In this document: positions 62,831-64,000 of the stretch, piece by piece
Numbering within the stretch: the stretch's first letter is position 1
Layout of the letters: every line of letters starts with the position of its first letter
Assembly (NCBI GenBank): GCA_963514005.1
Contig: OY740802.1
Coordinates: forward strand, 10,416,001 to 10,480,000
Direction of reading: 5' to 3'
DNA: 64,000 bases
DNA from: Raja brachyura
Taxonomy: Eukaryota
Notes under the pieces: model-generated
Seen by the model: only the letters and a program-made list of their open reading frames with translations
Database searches by the model: none
What the model was told of the DNA's origin: nothing
Program-made: the position numbers and the translations under genes

Positions 62831-64000
62831 ACAATCAGTACCCCGTTCCTGCCTTCTCCACATATCCCTTGACTATCTTTAAGAGATCTATCTAACGTCT
62901 TCTTGAAAGCTTCCAGAGGAATTGGCCTCCACTCCCTTCTGAGGATATGGGTTGTTGGGTTATGTCAGGGGTTATGGGGAGAAGGCGGGAGAATGGGATT
63001 GAGAGGGAAAGATAGATCAGCCATGACTGAATGGCGGAGAAGACTTGATGGACCAAATGGCTTGAACCTATGAACTTGCTGTTTTGCTCAAGATTCATCA
63101 TCTGCACTTCTTGGTGTCTCCACTCCAAATCTTTCATGTTTCAAAAAGGTAATTCTCACCCTTCAAAATTCCAATGGCAATAAGCCTAACATGCATGATC
63201 TCTGTTCACTATTCAAATTGTTCTTTTGAAGGATAAACCAACTGAACCTTTTCTGTAGCTGCATCCTTGTGAAATTTGGGATCCCCTACATGCAGGACTC
63301 CAGGTGCAGATCACCCACTTCCCCAATACTATTCCTTTTTGGTTCATAAGTGATAGGAACGGAATTAGGCCATTCGGCCCATCATCTACTCCACCATTCA
63401 ATCATTTATTCCACAGAATTCCACAGATTCACCAGCATTTCACACAGAGAGTGGCGAGTGTGTGGAATTCTCTGCCTCAGAGGGCGGTGGAGGCCGGTTC
63501 CCTGGATACTTTCAAGAGAGAGCTGGATAGGGGTCTTAAAGATAGCGGAGTCAGGGGATATGGGGTGATGGCAGGAACAGGGTACTGATTGGTGATGATC
63601 AGCCATGATCATATTGAATGGCAGTGCTGGCTCGAAGGGCCGAATGGCCTACTCCTGCACTTATTGTCTATTGTCTATTGTCTCTGACTGAAGAAATTCC
63701 TCCCCAACCTCCTCCGAAAGGAACATCCTTTAATTCTGAGACCTCTGTTCCTAGACTCTCCCACAGTGGAACCATCCGCTTCATGTCTTTTGTTTTATTA
63801 ACTAGGGACATCAGATCCCTATACACTGAAGCATTTTGTAGCCACACTCTATTTAAATCGTAGTTTGTTGCATCATTGTTCCGTTCAACGTACATAAGAC
63901 CACGTTTTTCCCGACTTGCACTCACTCTGCCCATTTCTTACCTCTGCATTTCACGAAACAATATCCCTCTGCAGGGCCGTTCCATCCTTCCACAACTTAC

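Noticed and set aside
63668-64000. Minus-strand ORF MGRVSASREK.. and GTAAG donors at ~63940 and ~64000
   Set aside because: The ORF runs into a CR1 fragment and no protein is recognised; any exon would lie at or beyond the window edge.

Overview
Repeat-dense vertebrate genomic DNA, almost certainly from a cartilaginous fish (skate/ray-like), judged from abundant HE1-type tRNA/V-SINEs and CR1(HER1-like), Rex1/Babar and Penelope-derived repeats. The only gene I can support is the 5' end of a type I classical cadherin (CDH2/CDH4-like) on the minus strand: exon 1 CDS 18312-18259 (signal peptide), exon 2 17951-17837 (prodomain start), then a large intron 2 running off the left edge. About 19.4-64 kb is upstream/intergenic sequence packed with nested transposons. 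Highlights: a ~144-bp retroposon with an 8-bp TSD whose 5' end folds as a decayed minimal HDV-like ribozyme; many Penelope-derived, often fold-back, elements carrying minimal hammerhead cores; a non-autonomous Helitron with a 30-bp higher-order minisatellite; three PIF/Harbinger MITEs sharing termini; and a teleost-like L2 with an internal deletion. Most listed ORFs are repeat-derived noise. Boundaries of degenerate repeats are approximate, and family names come from motif recognition, not database searches.
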